Shown: piece by piece, positions 9,608-18,810 of the stretch
Position numbering within the stretch: position 1 is the first letter of the stretch
How the letters are laid out: every line of letters begins with the position of its first letter
From: Myxococcota bacterium
Lineage (GTDB): Bacteria; Myxococcota_A; UBA796
Assembly (NCBI GenBank): GCA_036156175.1
Contig: JAYZVA010000027.1
Coordinates: 10,490-74,489, forward strand
DNA length: 64,000 bases
Direction of reading: 5' to 3'
Notes under the pieces: generated by a model
What the model saw: only the letters and a program-made list of their open reading frames with translations
What the model was told of the DNA's origin: nothing
The model's database searches: none
Made by a program: the position numbers and the translations under genes

Positions 9608-10618
9608 CTACTCGCCGAGCACCCCATCCATGTCCTCCGCCAGCCCGCTCGCGGTGCTGCGGACCAGCTTGACCAATCCGCGGGTGTGTTCCGAAGACGC
9701 GTACCAGTCGCCGTCGGTTCCCACCTGCTGCACCGCGATCGTGGTGACCGCGTCCCCGACCGTCAAGGCGACCTCAAACCGGTCTTCGAGCGCCTCCGGT
9801 GGTGCCTCCGGATCCGCGTATCGGGTGCCCTTCAAACCCAAAAACTTGTCGACCCAAGTCGTCGGCTGCGCCAAGGCAACATCCGCCGCGTCAACCGATG
9901 CCCAAGCGGCTTTGGCGGGGTCGTCCGCATTGATTTGAACCAGCGAGAGGCCGCGCGCTGCAGCCGAAATTTGGACCGCAGAGATGTCCGCCCGCTCGGC
10001 GTCAAACAAGCTTCGGTCCGGCAACCGCGTTCGCGCATACTTCAGCGGCTGAATCAGGTCTCGATCGACCAAGTAGACTTTGGCGGTTTCATCGTGCCGC
10101 ACGTAGTAATCCCGCGTCCCATACGCCTCGCCGCCGACGGCCAACTTCTGAGTGCGCCCGCTGCGATCGATCTCGATGTAGGCCGACGGTTCGTCGAGTC
10201 CGATTTCTGCAAGCTTGCCCTCATCGGTGACGTCCAGGGAGCGCTGGGCCGCCATGGGGCTCAACGACGCCATGAGATCGATGGACTTCTTCGCCGATTT
10301 GAAGGCACTTCGGGTTGCCGTGCGCTCCGGCTCATCCGCCTCACCGGTGTCACTCTCCGCCCGTGCTGCGGGCAGGGGAGCCGTCGACCAACGGGTATAG
10401 TCCACCCAAAAGTATTCACCGCGGGCGTCGGACTTGCGGGTGATGGTGGCTTCCGAATCGTCGCTGATCCACCGCACCGCCGAGATGGCGTCGGCCTCGC
10501 CCTGCAGCAACACCACCTTGCCATCCAAGTCCACCGGCTCATCGGCGGTCCACTCAACCCAAGCACCGACCAGTGCAATGGCCAACGCCGCCCCGCTGAT
10601 TCCTGCTGCACGCTTCAT
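9608..10618 (-). CDS. DUF4340-like periplasmic protein, the last gene of the ABC operon
   Basis: Track ORF trimmed to MKRAAGISGAALAIALVGAW (signal/anchor). The ATG at 10618 overlaps the upstream stop as ATGA. The family call rests on remembered co-occurrence of DUF4340 with GldG-type operons. Confidence 0.7.
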   Translation of the reverse strand: MKRAAGISGAALAIALVGAWVEWTADEPVDLDGKVVLLQGEADAISAVRWISDDSEATITRKSDARGEYFWVDYTRWSTAPLPAARAESDTGEADEPERTATRSAFKSAKKSIDLMASLSPMAAQRSLDVTDEGKLAEIGLDEPSAYIEIDRSGRTQKLAVGGEAYGTRDYYVRHDETAKVYLVDRDLIQPLKYARTRLPDRSLFDAERADISAVQISAAARGLSLVQINADDPAKAAWASVDAADVALAQPTTWVDKFLGLKGTRYADPEAPPEALEDRFEVALTVGDAVTTIAVQQVGTDGDWYASSEHTRGLVKLVRSTASGLAEDMDGVLGE

Positions 10619-12426
10619 GAGCGGCCTCCCTTGCGCCGGGAACGAACCCGCACCAGACCAACCCCCAACAGGACTGCGGGGACCAGCAGCGTGGAGCCGT
10701 AGAACATCCACGCTTCATCCGACTTGGTGTGTCGAATCTTCACATCTTCCTCGTCGTTCACACTGCCGCTCTGGCTGGGCTCATCAACCAACCACGCAAT
10801 GCCGTCTCGCAGAAACTCTTGGTTGCCCTTGGAGAGCGGCAACACGAGATCCGATGCCCAGGTCGCATCGCCCATCACGAGCATTCGGAACTCCGCGCCC
10901 TCGTCTCCACCCGAGACCGCTGCGGCCAATGGCCAGCCCTTGCGCTCCTCCACGGTCGCGTCGAACCGCAGGTTGGGCCGGGTGTCCACCCACACCGTCT
11001 CGAGGCTTCGAACGGTGATCTCCACCTTGTATGGCGGGCTCTCCGACTGCATGATGGGCGCCGCCAGCGGCGTGAGCAGGGCAGTGGTCCGACTGTTTCG
11101 AGACAGTGTGGTCACGCTGGGGTGGGTCGATGCTTTGTTGGTGAAGATGTTGTACCGGTCCGTGATGCGGCGGGTTGCGCCCCAAAAGTTGCTGTCGCCC
11201 ACGAGCATGCTCTCGCCGGAGTAGGCCAACCCCACCGGCTCCAGCAGCCCGGAGGCATCGGCCTTGGTGCCCGGGTCGAGGGCCACGAGCAGCGCTCCGC
11301 CTTGGGCCCGGTACGCGTTCAGTGCGTCCACCTCTTCGTCCAAAAAGGCTTCGGTGGGGCCCATCACCATGATGAGGTCCGCATCCTCGGGCACCTCGGT
11401 GGCGAGCCCCTGGACCGCCCCCAACTCGGAGACGGTGAAGTTCAACCGCCGGAGTTCCGCCTTGACCCCCTCGATGGTTCGTGCCGGCAGCACCGAACCG
11501 CTCTTCTTCCAATGCATCTCGCCATGCCCAACGGTCACGTAGGCTTGCTTCGGATCCGCCGCGAGCTTCAGCAGTGCCTTTGACACTTCTTCATCGAGCT
11601 TCTTCAGCTTGCGTTCGGCCTTCGCCAACTCATCGCCCAAGCGAATGCGCTGCACCTGTTGATCGGCCCCGGTTCCACGCACCAAGGCAATCGTGCCGTT
11701 CTTCTGCACCCGCAATTCCTTGGCGAGCTCTGTCTCGAGGGCTTGGTCGACGTAGGCCACCTCCAGCATGGGGTGGACCAACTGGTCAAAGTACGTCCGG
11801 ACTTCTTCGGTGACGTCGGACTGGGCGGGAAAGAACAACCAGGCCTGAACCGGCTCATCGAGGTTCTCGATCGTACCGATCGTGACGTCTCCCGGACTGG
11901 CCGTCTTGAAGTAGCTGTAGTCCCAGCGAACGTTGTTCTCGCTGGCCAGAAAGTTCACGGGAAACAGCAAGCAAAGCGAGAATGCGACGCTCAATCCGGC
12001 GTAGGCCGCGGTGTGGACCCGAGCAGCCGGCAACATCACGGGACTCGCGTTCCGCAAGCGATCAACGCACACGAGCACGGCGGAAGAGACCACCAAAAGA
12101 ATCGCATTGATGGAGGCCAGCACCGCCTGCGCCCGCAGCCGTCCGTCATCGTCCAGCGAGAGGGCATCGAGCCGGTCGAGCGACAACGCCGTGACCCCAA
12201 CGAGTCCGACAATGCCCAGTCCCTGTCCCAACAGCGTCCACCGTCGGGCCGCTCCGGCGCCCCCGTCCCGACCGTCGCTCCGAACCGTCAGAACCAAGCC
12301 GGCCAACACCAGCAACCAGCCGATGACCTGCGATTGAAAGAGCGGATCGGTGGGCCCGCCGCCGAGGCGACCCAGCAAGAGCACGATGCCAAGGCCCACA
12401 ACATGCAACACAACGGACAGGCTCAT
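10615..12426 (-). CDS. GldG-like ABC-transporter auxiliary component (ABC-type uncharacterized transport system)
   Basis: Track ORF trimmed to MSLSVVLHVVGLGIVLLL, with an ATGA overlap at 12423-12426. N-terminal TM helices are followed by YVTVGHGEM and DLIMVMGP segments typical of GldG-family proteins. There is a C-terminal TM anchor. Confidence 0.8.
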   Translation of the reverse strand: MSLSVVLHVVGLGIVLLLGRLGGGPTDPLFQSQVIGWLLVLAGLVLTVRSDGRDGGAGAARRWTLLGQGLGIVGLVGVTALSLDRLDALSLDDDGRLRAQAVLASINAILLVVSSAVLVCVDRLRNASPVMLPAARVHTAAYAGLSVAFSLCLLFPVNFLASENNVRWDYSYFKTASPGDVTIGTIENLDEPVQAWLFFPAQSDVTEEVRTYFDQLVHPMLEVAYVDQALETELAKELRVQKNGTIALVRGTGADQQVQRIRLGDELAKAERKLKKLDEEVSKALLKLAADPKQAYVTVGHGEMHWKKSGSVLPARTIEGVKAELRRLNFTVSELGAVQGLATEVPEDADLIMVMGPTEAFLDEEVDALNAYRAQGGALLVALDPGTKADASGLLEPVGLAYSGESMLVGDSNFWGATRRITDRYNIFTNKASTHPSVTTLSRNSRTTALLTPLAAPIMQSESPPYKVEITVRSLETVWVDTRPNLRFDATVEERKGWPLAAAVSGGDEGAEFRMLVMGDATWASDLVLPLSKGNQEFLRDGIAWLVDEPSQSGSVNDEEDVKIRHTKSDEAWMFYGSTLLVPAVLLGVGLVRVRSRRKGGRS

Positions 12427-13148
12427 GTCAGCCTCCGAAGCTGCAGGCTCCGCGTGGCCAGCAGCAAGAACCCGAAGCACACGCTGCCATAGAACACCAA
12501 GCCCTCGGTGTTGAGGCGGCCCTTCATGAACGGCTGAAAGTGCCGGTCAAAGATGGCCATGTAGGAAAAGATGCCGTTGAGCGGAGGCTCGGTCATCTGC
12601 CCCAACATCCAGCCAAGCAACAGAAACACGAGCATCCCGGCGCCAAGCACCGCGGCAAGCAGTTGGTTTCGCGCAATCGCCGAGGCGAAGGTGCCGATCG
12701 CGATCACCGCAGCGCCAAGGCTCAGGAGACCGGTGTACCCGACCAGAATCTGGCCCAGACTCAGCTTGCCGTGAACAAACACCAGCGCCGGCATGTACGC
12801 CGTCAGCGCCGTGATGATGGCCAGAAATGAAAATGCACCCAAGAATTTGCCCAGCACAATTTGGTGGGCTGAGATCGGCGCAGTCTCCAGCAATGCAAAC
12901 GTGCCGGTCTGCCGCTCCTCTGCAATCAGGCGCATCGTGAGCAAAATGCCCGCGATCATGGTCGTCCCCGACGAAAAGTAGAAGAAGTCCGACAAGACGT
13001 TCGCCGAGTACCGCTCGCGCGTGCCCAACGCAAAAGCATTGAACAGCAGTCCGTCGAGCACCAGCACCAAGGCCAGGATGATCCAGCCCCAGGACGTGTC
13101 AAAGTACGAGCGCAGCTCGCGCCGCACCAGCAAGGAAACGGTGTTCAC
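12423..13148 (-). CDS. ABC-2 type transporter permease (GldF-like)
   Basis: 241-aa polytopic membrane protein beginning MNTVSLLVRRELRSYFDTSWGWI. It has 4-nt overlaps with both neighbours. Confidence 0.85.
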   Translation of the reverse strand: MNTVSLLVRRELRSYFDTSWGWIILALVLVLDGLLFNAFALGTRERYSANVLSDFFYFSSGTTMIAGILLTMRLIAEERQTGTFALLETAPISAHQIVLGKFLGAFSFLAIITALTAYMPALVFVHGKLSLGQILVGYTGLLSLGAAVIAIGTFASAIARNQLLAAVLGAGMLVFLLLGWMLGQMTEPPLNGIFSYMAIFDRHFQPFMKGRLNTEGLVFYGSVCFGFLLLATRSLQLRRLT

Positions 13149-14086
13149 GACTCACCTCCAGCGTCCGATTCGGTCAGCTCCAGGAAAATGCCCTCGAGTT
13201 CGTCGTGGGCCTCGGTGATGGACCGCACCCCCAGCCCCGCTTGAACCAGTGCGTGCACCAACGTTTCCCGAACATCGGTGGCCATTGAGACGCGGATCGC
13301 AACCACGCCGTCTCGTTCGCCCAGCACGATGAGCTTCTTGACGCCATCCACACCCGCCAGGGCGGTGCGCACCGCGGATTCATCGCCCCGCACCGAGGCG
13401 TCGATCGACCCTCCAATGTGAAAGCGACCGGCCAACTCTGTCTCGGTGCCCTGCGCCACCAGCCGGCCGCCGTTGAGGACCAGAATCCGATCGCACGTCT
13501 GGGAGATCTCGGAGAGGATGTGCGAGCTCACCAGCACCGTGCACTCGTCCTTGAGCCCTCGAATCACCGCCCGCATTTCCACGATCTGAACCGGGTCGAG
13601 ACCGCTGATGGGCTCGTCCAAGATGACCAGCTTCGGCGAGTGAATGATCGCCGAGGCAATCCCCACACGCTTGCGGTAGCCGTGGCTGAGTTCGCCAATG
13701 ACGCGGTCGGCCACATCGCCGAGGTTGGTTCGCGCCAGCACGACGGGCAGGCGATCCCGAAGGTCGCCTTCGCTCATGCCGCGAAGCTTCCCCACGAAGC
13801 GGAGGCTATCCGAGACCGTCATCTCGGTGTACAAGGGCGGATCTTCCGGCAGAAACCCGATGCGAGCCCGCACGGCCGTTGGGCTCGACGACATGTCCAC
13901 GCCGTCCACCGACACCGTGCCACCCGATGGCAAAATCAATCCGGCCAGCACTTTGAGGGTGGTCGTCTTTCCCGCTCCGTTCAGCCCCAAAAATCCCACG
14001 ACCTCACGAGCAGAGATCGAAAAACTGACCTGGTCCACCGCGCATCGGGAGCCGTAGTATCGGCTCAACGACTGTACCTCGATCAT
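13145..14086 (-). CDS. ABC transporter ATP-binding protein (GldA-like)
   Basis: Track ORF trimmed to MIEVQSLSRYYG. Walker A GLNGAGKTTT, signature LSHGYRKR, Walker B LVILDEP, H-loop SSH. Confidence 0.92.
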   Translation of the reverse strand: MIEVQSLSRYYGSRCAVDQVSFSISAREVVGFLGLNGAGKTTTLKVLAGLILPSGGTVSVDGVDMSSSPTAVRARIGFLPEDPPLYTEMTVSDSLRFVGKLRGMSEGDLRDRLPVVLARTNLGDVADRVIGELSHGYRKRVGIASAIIHSPKLVILDEPISGLDPVQIVEMRAVIRGLKDECTVLVSSHILSEISQTCDRILVLNGGRLVAQGTETELAGRFHIGGSIDASVRGDESAVRTALAGVDGVKKLIVLGERDGVVAIRVSMATDVRETLVHALVQAGLGVRSITEAHDELEGIFLELTESDAGGES

Positions 14087-14183
14087 GATGAAACACTCCG
14101 ACAAAATAGGGTCGGTTGCCGTATCGATGGGGCTGCCCAGCGTCAAGCGCCTCGTCGCCCGCAATCGCCGCATTTTGGGCCGC

Positions 14184-15290
14184 TCATGGGGCGGCTTTTG
14201 GGCGGCTTTTGGGCGGCCGTGCTCCCGCGATCACGGCGGACCGCGCCTCCCAATCCAGCGTGTGCACCAGGGACCGCAGCGCGCGGACCGTCCGCAGCGT
14301 GTGGCGCTCGGGATTGGGCGGGTTGTACCACTGGAAATACTCCCGCATGCTCCGTGGGCGAAATGGCGTGACGCCGGAGCGCGTGATTTCAACCAAGAAC
14401 GCGAGCGTGCCGTACCGACCGTAGATGTGGTCGATCTCGGAACCGTGGGCCCGGAAGAAGAACCCCCACCGGGCCAGCTGCCGCACCTTGTACGCATGGG
14501 AGCCCTGCGCTTCGCTCATCACCGTGCCCAGTCGGTGCAGTTCCGACCAGTCCTCCGGACGTTTCCACAATCCCGACCACGGCGTGTAGAAGAACCCGCC
14601 GAACGCGTGCAGGCTGATGGCGACGTCGAACTGCTCGGCGGCGAGCAGCGCATCCAGCGCCTGCGATTCCGGCTGCGATAACGGGGACTGAGATCGGCCG
14701 TAGTAGGCCGGTATGATCGCCTTCCAGACCGCCTTTGCCTCGGTGTTGACCGCAAAATCGCGGTTGAGATCGACGCCCCGAGCGTTGGCTCGACGGTAGC
14801 GATTTTCACCGGCCAAGCGGTCGTCCTGCGCGCGCTCCCGGCCGTCGGGGTTGAGCAGCGGAACCACCACCACCTCCACCCCCTTGGGCGGCTGACGGAC
14901 CGTGTCTTGGATGAACTCCACGGCCGTCTCGGAGGTGATCCACTCGAGCGCATGGATGCCCGCAAACACCAGCACCTTGGTGTGGGCCGGCTGTCCGGGG
15001 CGACGAATGCGGAACCCCCAGATGGGCCGCCGTTCCACCGAGCGGCCGATGATCATGGGCTGGATCACTCCGGGTCTGGTCCGCGCGAGGGGTGCAATCG
15101 ATTGATGCAGAGCGGGCACAAACCGGTACGCCTCGTCGTGCTCGGGTTCGGACTGGCGGGCGACCCACGATTGATACCGCTGCTCGACCGAGCGTTCGCT
15201 GAGCCGCGGCGGTCGTTCGCTGAGCCGCGCCGGTGATGTGGCCCACGCGGACGCGCACGCAAGCGCCCACACATGCAACACAGAGACCAT
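14184..15290 (-). CDS. Secreted M14-family zinc carboxypeptidase
   Basis: Signal peptide MVSVLHVWALACASAWA. Also GIHALEWI (HxxE zinc site), PLLNPDGRE and RGVDLNRDF. Confidence 0.85.
   Translation of the reverse strand: MVSVLHVWALACASAWATSPARLSERPPRLSERSVEQRYQSWVARQSEPEHDEAYRFVPALHQSIAPLARTRPGVIQPMIIGRSVERRPIWGFRIRRPGQPAHTKVLVFAGIHALEWITSETAVEFIQDTVRQPPKGVEVVVVPLLNPDGRERAQDDRLAGENRYRRANARGVDLNRDFAVNTEAKAVWKAIIPAYYGRSQSPLSQPESQALDALLAAEQFDVAISLHAFGGFFYTPWSGLWKRPEDWSELHRLGTVMSEAQGSHAYKVRQLARWGFFFRAHGSEIDHIYGRYGTLAFLVEITRSGVTPFRPRSMREYFQWYNPPNPERHTLRTVRALRSLVHTLDWEARSAVIAGARPPKSRPKAAP
15194..15230. repeat. Two direct copies of a 16-bp unit with 21-bp period inside the peptidase gene
   Basis: CGTTCGCTGAGCCGCG occurs at 15194-15209 and 15215-15230. 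It encodes the RLSERPP-RLSER duplication just after the signal peptide. Confidence 0.85.
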
Positions 15291-15668
15291 CCTGATTTCC
15301 TCGCCGTCGACCGATGTTCGGTTGATTTTTAACCCGGCTTGGGTACTTTAGGGTCTCCAGCCCCCGAAGTGGAGCAGTGCAGTGCGAACGGATTGGTACA
15401 CACCCGTGATAGCGGCCGCCGGCGCATCGCACCGAACCGAGGCCGCCGACGGCACCCTTCCACGGGGAGGGCTTGGGCGGGGTGGAGCGTGCATGCACAC
15501 GATGGCCGGGGGTGTGGATGTTACGGGCGGCCCCAAGGGTTCACCGATGGGCGGCGGGGAACCCGTCTTGGCGTTCAGCCCCCGTGCGGTCGCCCCCCGT
15601 CTGCATCCGTGCCGACCCGCCCTCACCGCCAACGGCGTTCCACACACCACCTGACCCCGGAGTCCACC

Positions 15669-16712
15669 ATGCCTGTCCTCGACCCACACGCACTCATCGA
15701 CCACCGCGTCCAGGCAATCCAGCAGTACCATGCCGCAACGGGTCTCGACCGAGCCGAGTTGGACCTCAGCGGCGGAATCGATTCGGCGGTGATGGCGGGC
15801 CTGCTCCGACTCGCGCTCGGACCGGACCGACTCACGCTGGTTTATTCGAGCATCAACAGCGGCTCCGAGACCCGAGACCGGGCCCAAGCCCTCGCGGACG
15901 GCATTGGCGTCCCGCTGGTGGTTCATGACCTGACCGACACCTATCAAGCGTTGATCGAGGCCATGATTTCAAACCTGGAATCCGCGGGCTTTGAACGCGC
16001 CGAGGTCGAAGCGGGAATCCGAGCGGACAACACGGTTCTCGGCTCGATTCGAAGCTGCATCCGCGCGCCGCTGGGTCGGGGATACCTGCGGATGACGGGC
16101 AACGGCCTTCGTCACGGCACGGGCAATGAGTGCGAAGACCGATGGCTGAGGTTCTACCAAAAGGGCGGCGATGGCGAGGTCGACTCGAATCCGATCGCGA
16201 TGCTCGCCAAGGGCGAAGTGTTTCAACTCGCAAAGGCCCTGGGCGAGCGCCTGAACGCGGAAGCGGCGTACCGCCGCATCATCGACGCGGCGCCCACGCC
16301 CGAGCTGTGGGGCGCCGGCGTCGCGCACACCGACGAGGATGAGATCGGTTCGTACCTGGGCATCGAGCACAGCGGCGAGTCGTTCTACAGCTACATCGAC
16401 GCCGAGTCGGGCGCGTACACGTCCGTCGGGCTGATCGAGCGGGTCGCGCGTTTCGTCGACACGCCGGAGGGTCAAGGCCTGTTCCGGGACGATGCGAATG
16501 CGGCCGCCATCGACGCGGTCATCCAAGCCGCCCAGACCAGTCCTGTCTTTGCGGGCGTCGCCCCGGACACCGTCGAGCGCATCCTCCAAGCCGCCCGCCG
16601 AACCGAGCGCGTCACGCGGCACAAAGAGAACCCAAACTGCCCCACATTGGGGACCCGAGGGGCCCTCGTGGCTGCGGGAATCTTGACCGACAGTCTCCCT
16701 GCTGTTCAGTGA
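15669..16712 (+). CDS. nadE: NAD+ synthetase family PP-loop ATPase (NadE-like, 347 aa)
   Basis: Track ORF 15339..16712 trimmed to MPVLDPHALIDHR (ATG 15669). PP-loop DLSGGIDSAV is present. The 110 upstream codons are low-complexity Arg/Gly/Pro. Confidence 0.8.
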   Translation: MPVLDPHALIDHRVQAIQQYHAATGLDRAELDLSGGIDSAVMAGLLRLALGPDRLTLVYSSINSGSETRDRAQALADGIGVPLVVHDLTDTYQALIEAMISNLESAGFERAEVEAGIRADNTVLGSIRSCIRAPLGRGYLRMTGNGLRHGTGNECEDRWLRFYQKGGDGEVDSNPIAMLAKGEVFQLAKALGERLNAEAAYRRIIDAAPTPELWGAGVAHTDEDEIGSYLGIEHSGESFYSYIDAESGAYTSVGLIERVARFVDTPEGQGLFRDDANAAAIDAVIQAAQTSPVFAGVAPDTVERILQAARRTERVTRHKENPNCPTLGTRGALVAAGILTDSLPAVQ

Positions 16713-17428
16713 GGGGAGACGGTGACACCCCGCCAATGGCGCCCGGAGCCTTCGCGAACGGGCGACCGGTGGTCACGGTCGAACTGGTGATCGCGACGGT
16801 GTTCGATGCCCGGCTTCGGGTGTTGTTGCACCGGCGTGCGGAACCACCATTTCAGCGAACATGGGCCCTGCCGGTGGGCGTGATCGACGTCCATACCGGA
16901 TGGCAAGGGGAGGCCATCGAAGAGACCGTTCGGCGGACCCTCTTGGCGCACACGGGGCTCGCCGCCGATGCGTTCCGGATTGAACCACTGGCCACGTTCG
17001 GACGGGTCGGTCGGGACCCGCGCACGCGGGTCATTGCAATTGCCTGGCTCGCCGTGCTGCCCCCCGATCGAGCCCGCGCGATGGACGAGCGAGCGGGTTC
17101 GTGGAGTGCGATCGCGGACGACGTTCCCTGGATGCGGCTGGCGTTCGACCATGCCGAGATCATTGCCACCGGCGAAACCCGCCTTCAACAAGCGGTTCGG
17201 GGGGACCGTGCCGCGCTCGCCTTGGTCACCGAACCGTTCACTGTTGCGGACCTTCGGACCGTGTACGATGCGGTGCTGGGGCGCCGTCACGACGCCCGAA
17301 ACTTTCGCCGCCGTTTCCAGCGGATGATCGACGATGGGTGGGTCGTCCAGGCGCCCGGAACCCGCCACCAAGGAAAATCTCGGCCTGCCCACTTGTGGCG
17401 CGCTGCAAAGCCCCGCCCGGACGCGTGA
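16709..17428 (+). CDS. nrtR: NrtR-type regulator: degenerate Nudix domain plus C-terminal winged helix
   Basis: The GTG start overlaps the nadE stop (GTGA). The Nudix fold lacks the REUXEE glutamates (RRTLLAHTGL). The C-terminus reads FTVADLRTVYDAVLGRRHDARNFRRRFQ...GKSRPAHLWR, which matches the NrtR wHTH signature as I remember it. Adjacency to nadE fits. Confidence 0.72.
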   Translation: MRGDGDTPPMAPGAFANGRPVVTVELVIATVFDARLRVLLHRRAEPPFQRTWALPVGVIDVHTGWQGEAIEETVRRTLLAHTGLAADAFRIEPLATFGRVGRDPRTRVIAIAWLAVLPPDRARAMDERAGSWSAIADDVPWMRLAFDHAEIIATGETRLQQAVRGDRAALALVTEPFTVADLRTVYDAVLGRRHDARNFRRRFQRMIDDGWVVQAPGTRHQGKSRPAHLWRAAKPRPDA

Positions 17429-17448
17429 CACCCGGTTAGGGTCTGCCC

Positions 17449-18810
17449 ATGTGGACCATTTCCTTTCACGACGGGACCTTGGTGGTGAAGGGCGGCGATC
17501 TTGAGCGGCTGCCCCCCGGTTTTCGCATGGATGACCGCATTGGACACCCCCGCGGACCCGCCTGGACCTACCCGCAGGTGGTGACCGCCGCTCGGGCGTT
17601 CAACATACCGTACACGGATGATGCACAGATTTATACACGGCTCACGGGGCTTGCGCCGTGCACGGCCCGCGAACCCCGAACGTACCAACGCGAAGCCGTG
17701 GATGCCTGGCACCGCGCGGGACGCCGCGGGGCGGTTTTGCTCCCCACGGGCTCGGGCAAGACCTTCGTTGCCGAGCTGGCCATGCTCGAAACCGAGCGGG
17801 CCACCCTGGTCGTGGCGCCAACCCTTGACCTCGTGGGCCAATGGCACGACCGCCTGAAGACCGCATTTGGACGCACCATTGGGATGCTCGGAGGCGGTCA
17901 ACACGACGTGCAAGACATCACCGTATCCACCTACGACTCGGCGGCGATTCACATGGGCCGGTACGGCAACCGATTCGGCCTCGTGATCTTCGACGAGGTG
18001 CATCACCTTGGTGCACCCGGCTACCTATCGGGTGCCGCCGCGTGCATCGCACCGTACCGCCTGGGACTCACCGCGACGTGGGATGCCGACGCCGAACGCG
18101 AAGACGCCCTCACCGAGGTGCTCGGCGACATCGTGTACGAGAAGAGCATCACGGAGCTCTCGGGGAACTTTCTGGCCGACTACGAGACGATTCGCATTGC
18201 GGTTCACCTGAGCCCCGAAGAGCAAGCCGCGTACGAAGCGGCGCGGGGCGAGTTCAAAGCCTTCGTCGCATCGAAGCGAATTCCACTCGGTGCGCCCCGA
18301 GGCTGGGCCACATTCCTGCGGCATGCTGCGCAGTCCAAGGCGGGCCGTTCCGCATTTCAAGCCTACCAAGAGTCCCGCCGCATCGCCCACGGGACCGGCC
18401 AGAAGATGGCAACGTTGGCCCAACTGTTGGCCGATGAACACGGACGTCGTACAATTGTGTTCACCCACGACAACGACACCGCCTACCGAATTTCCAAGCG
18501 GTTCTTGGTGCCCTGCATCAGCCACCAAACCGACGTGAAAGAGCGCCGCACCATCCTCGATGCCTTCGAAGCCGGCACCCTCCCAGTGATCGCCACCAGC
18601 CGCGTGCTCAACGAAGGGGTGGATATGCCCTCCGCCGAAGTGGCCATCGTGCTGAGCGGCACGGGCACCGTTCGCGAGCACGTCCAACGCTTGGGACGCA
18701 TTCTGCGACCGCAGGCCGGAAAGCAAGCCGTGCTGTACGAAGTTGTGGCCGCCGATACGGCCGAGATCAACACCAGTCGCCGCAGGAGGCGTCACGATGC
18801 TTACCGGTGA
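17449..18810 (+). CDS. XPB/Ssl2(RAD25)-type SF2 DNA helicase
   Basis: N-terminal damage-recognition-like domain (ISFHDGTLVV). Also YQREAV, motif I PTGSGKT, motif II FDEVHH, a RED motif (AEREDAL), motif VI HVQRLGRILR. Confidence 0.85.
   Translation: MWTISFHDGTLVVKGGDLERLPPGFRMDDRIGHPRGPAWTYPQVVTAARAFNIPYTDDAQIYTRLTGLAPCTAREPRTYQREAVDAWHRAGRRGAVLLPTGSGKTFVAELAMLETERATLVVAPTLDLVGQWHDRLKTAFGRTIGMLGGGQHDVQDITVSTYDSAAIHMGRYGNRFGLVIFDEVHHLGAPGYLSGAAACIAPYRLGLTATWDADAEREDALTEVLGDIVYEKSITELSGNFLADYETIRIAVHLSPEEQAAYEAARGEFKAFVASKRIPLGAPRGWATFLRHAAQSKAGRSAFQAYQESRRIAHGTGQKMATLAQLLADEHGRRTIVFTHDNDTAYRISKRFLVPCISHQTDVKERRTILDAFEAGTLPVIATSRVLNEGVDMPSAEVAIVLSGTGTVREHVQRLGRILRPQAGKQAVLYEVVAADTAEINTSRRRRRHDAYR

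Noticed and set aside
15339-15668. 110-codon upstream extension of the nadE ORF, and the possibility of an NAD+ riboswitch in this leader
   Set aside because: The extension is low-complexity and precedes the natural MPVLDPH start. I could not match the leader to the nadA or pnuC riboswitch motifs from memory, so only an unspecified regulatory leader is reported.
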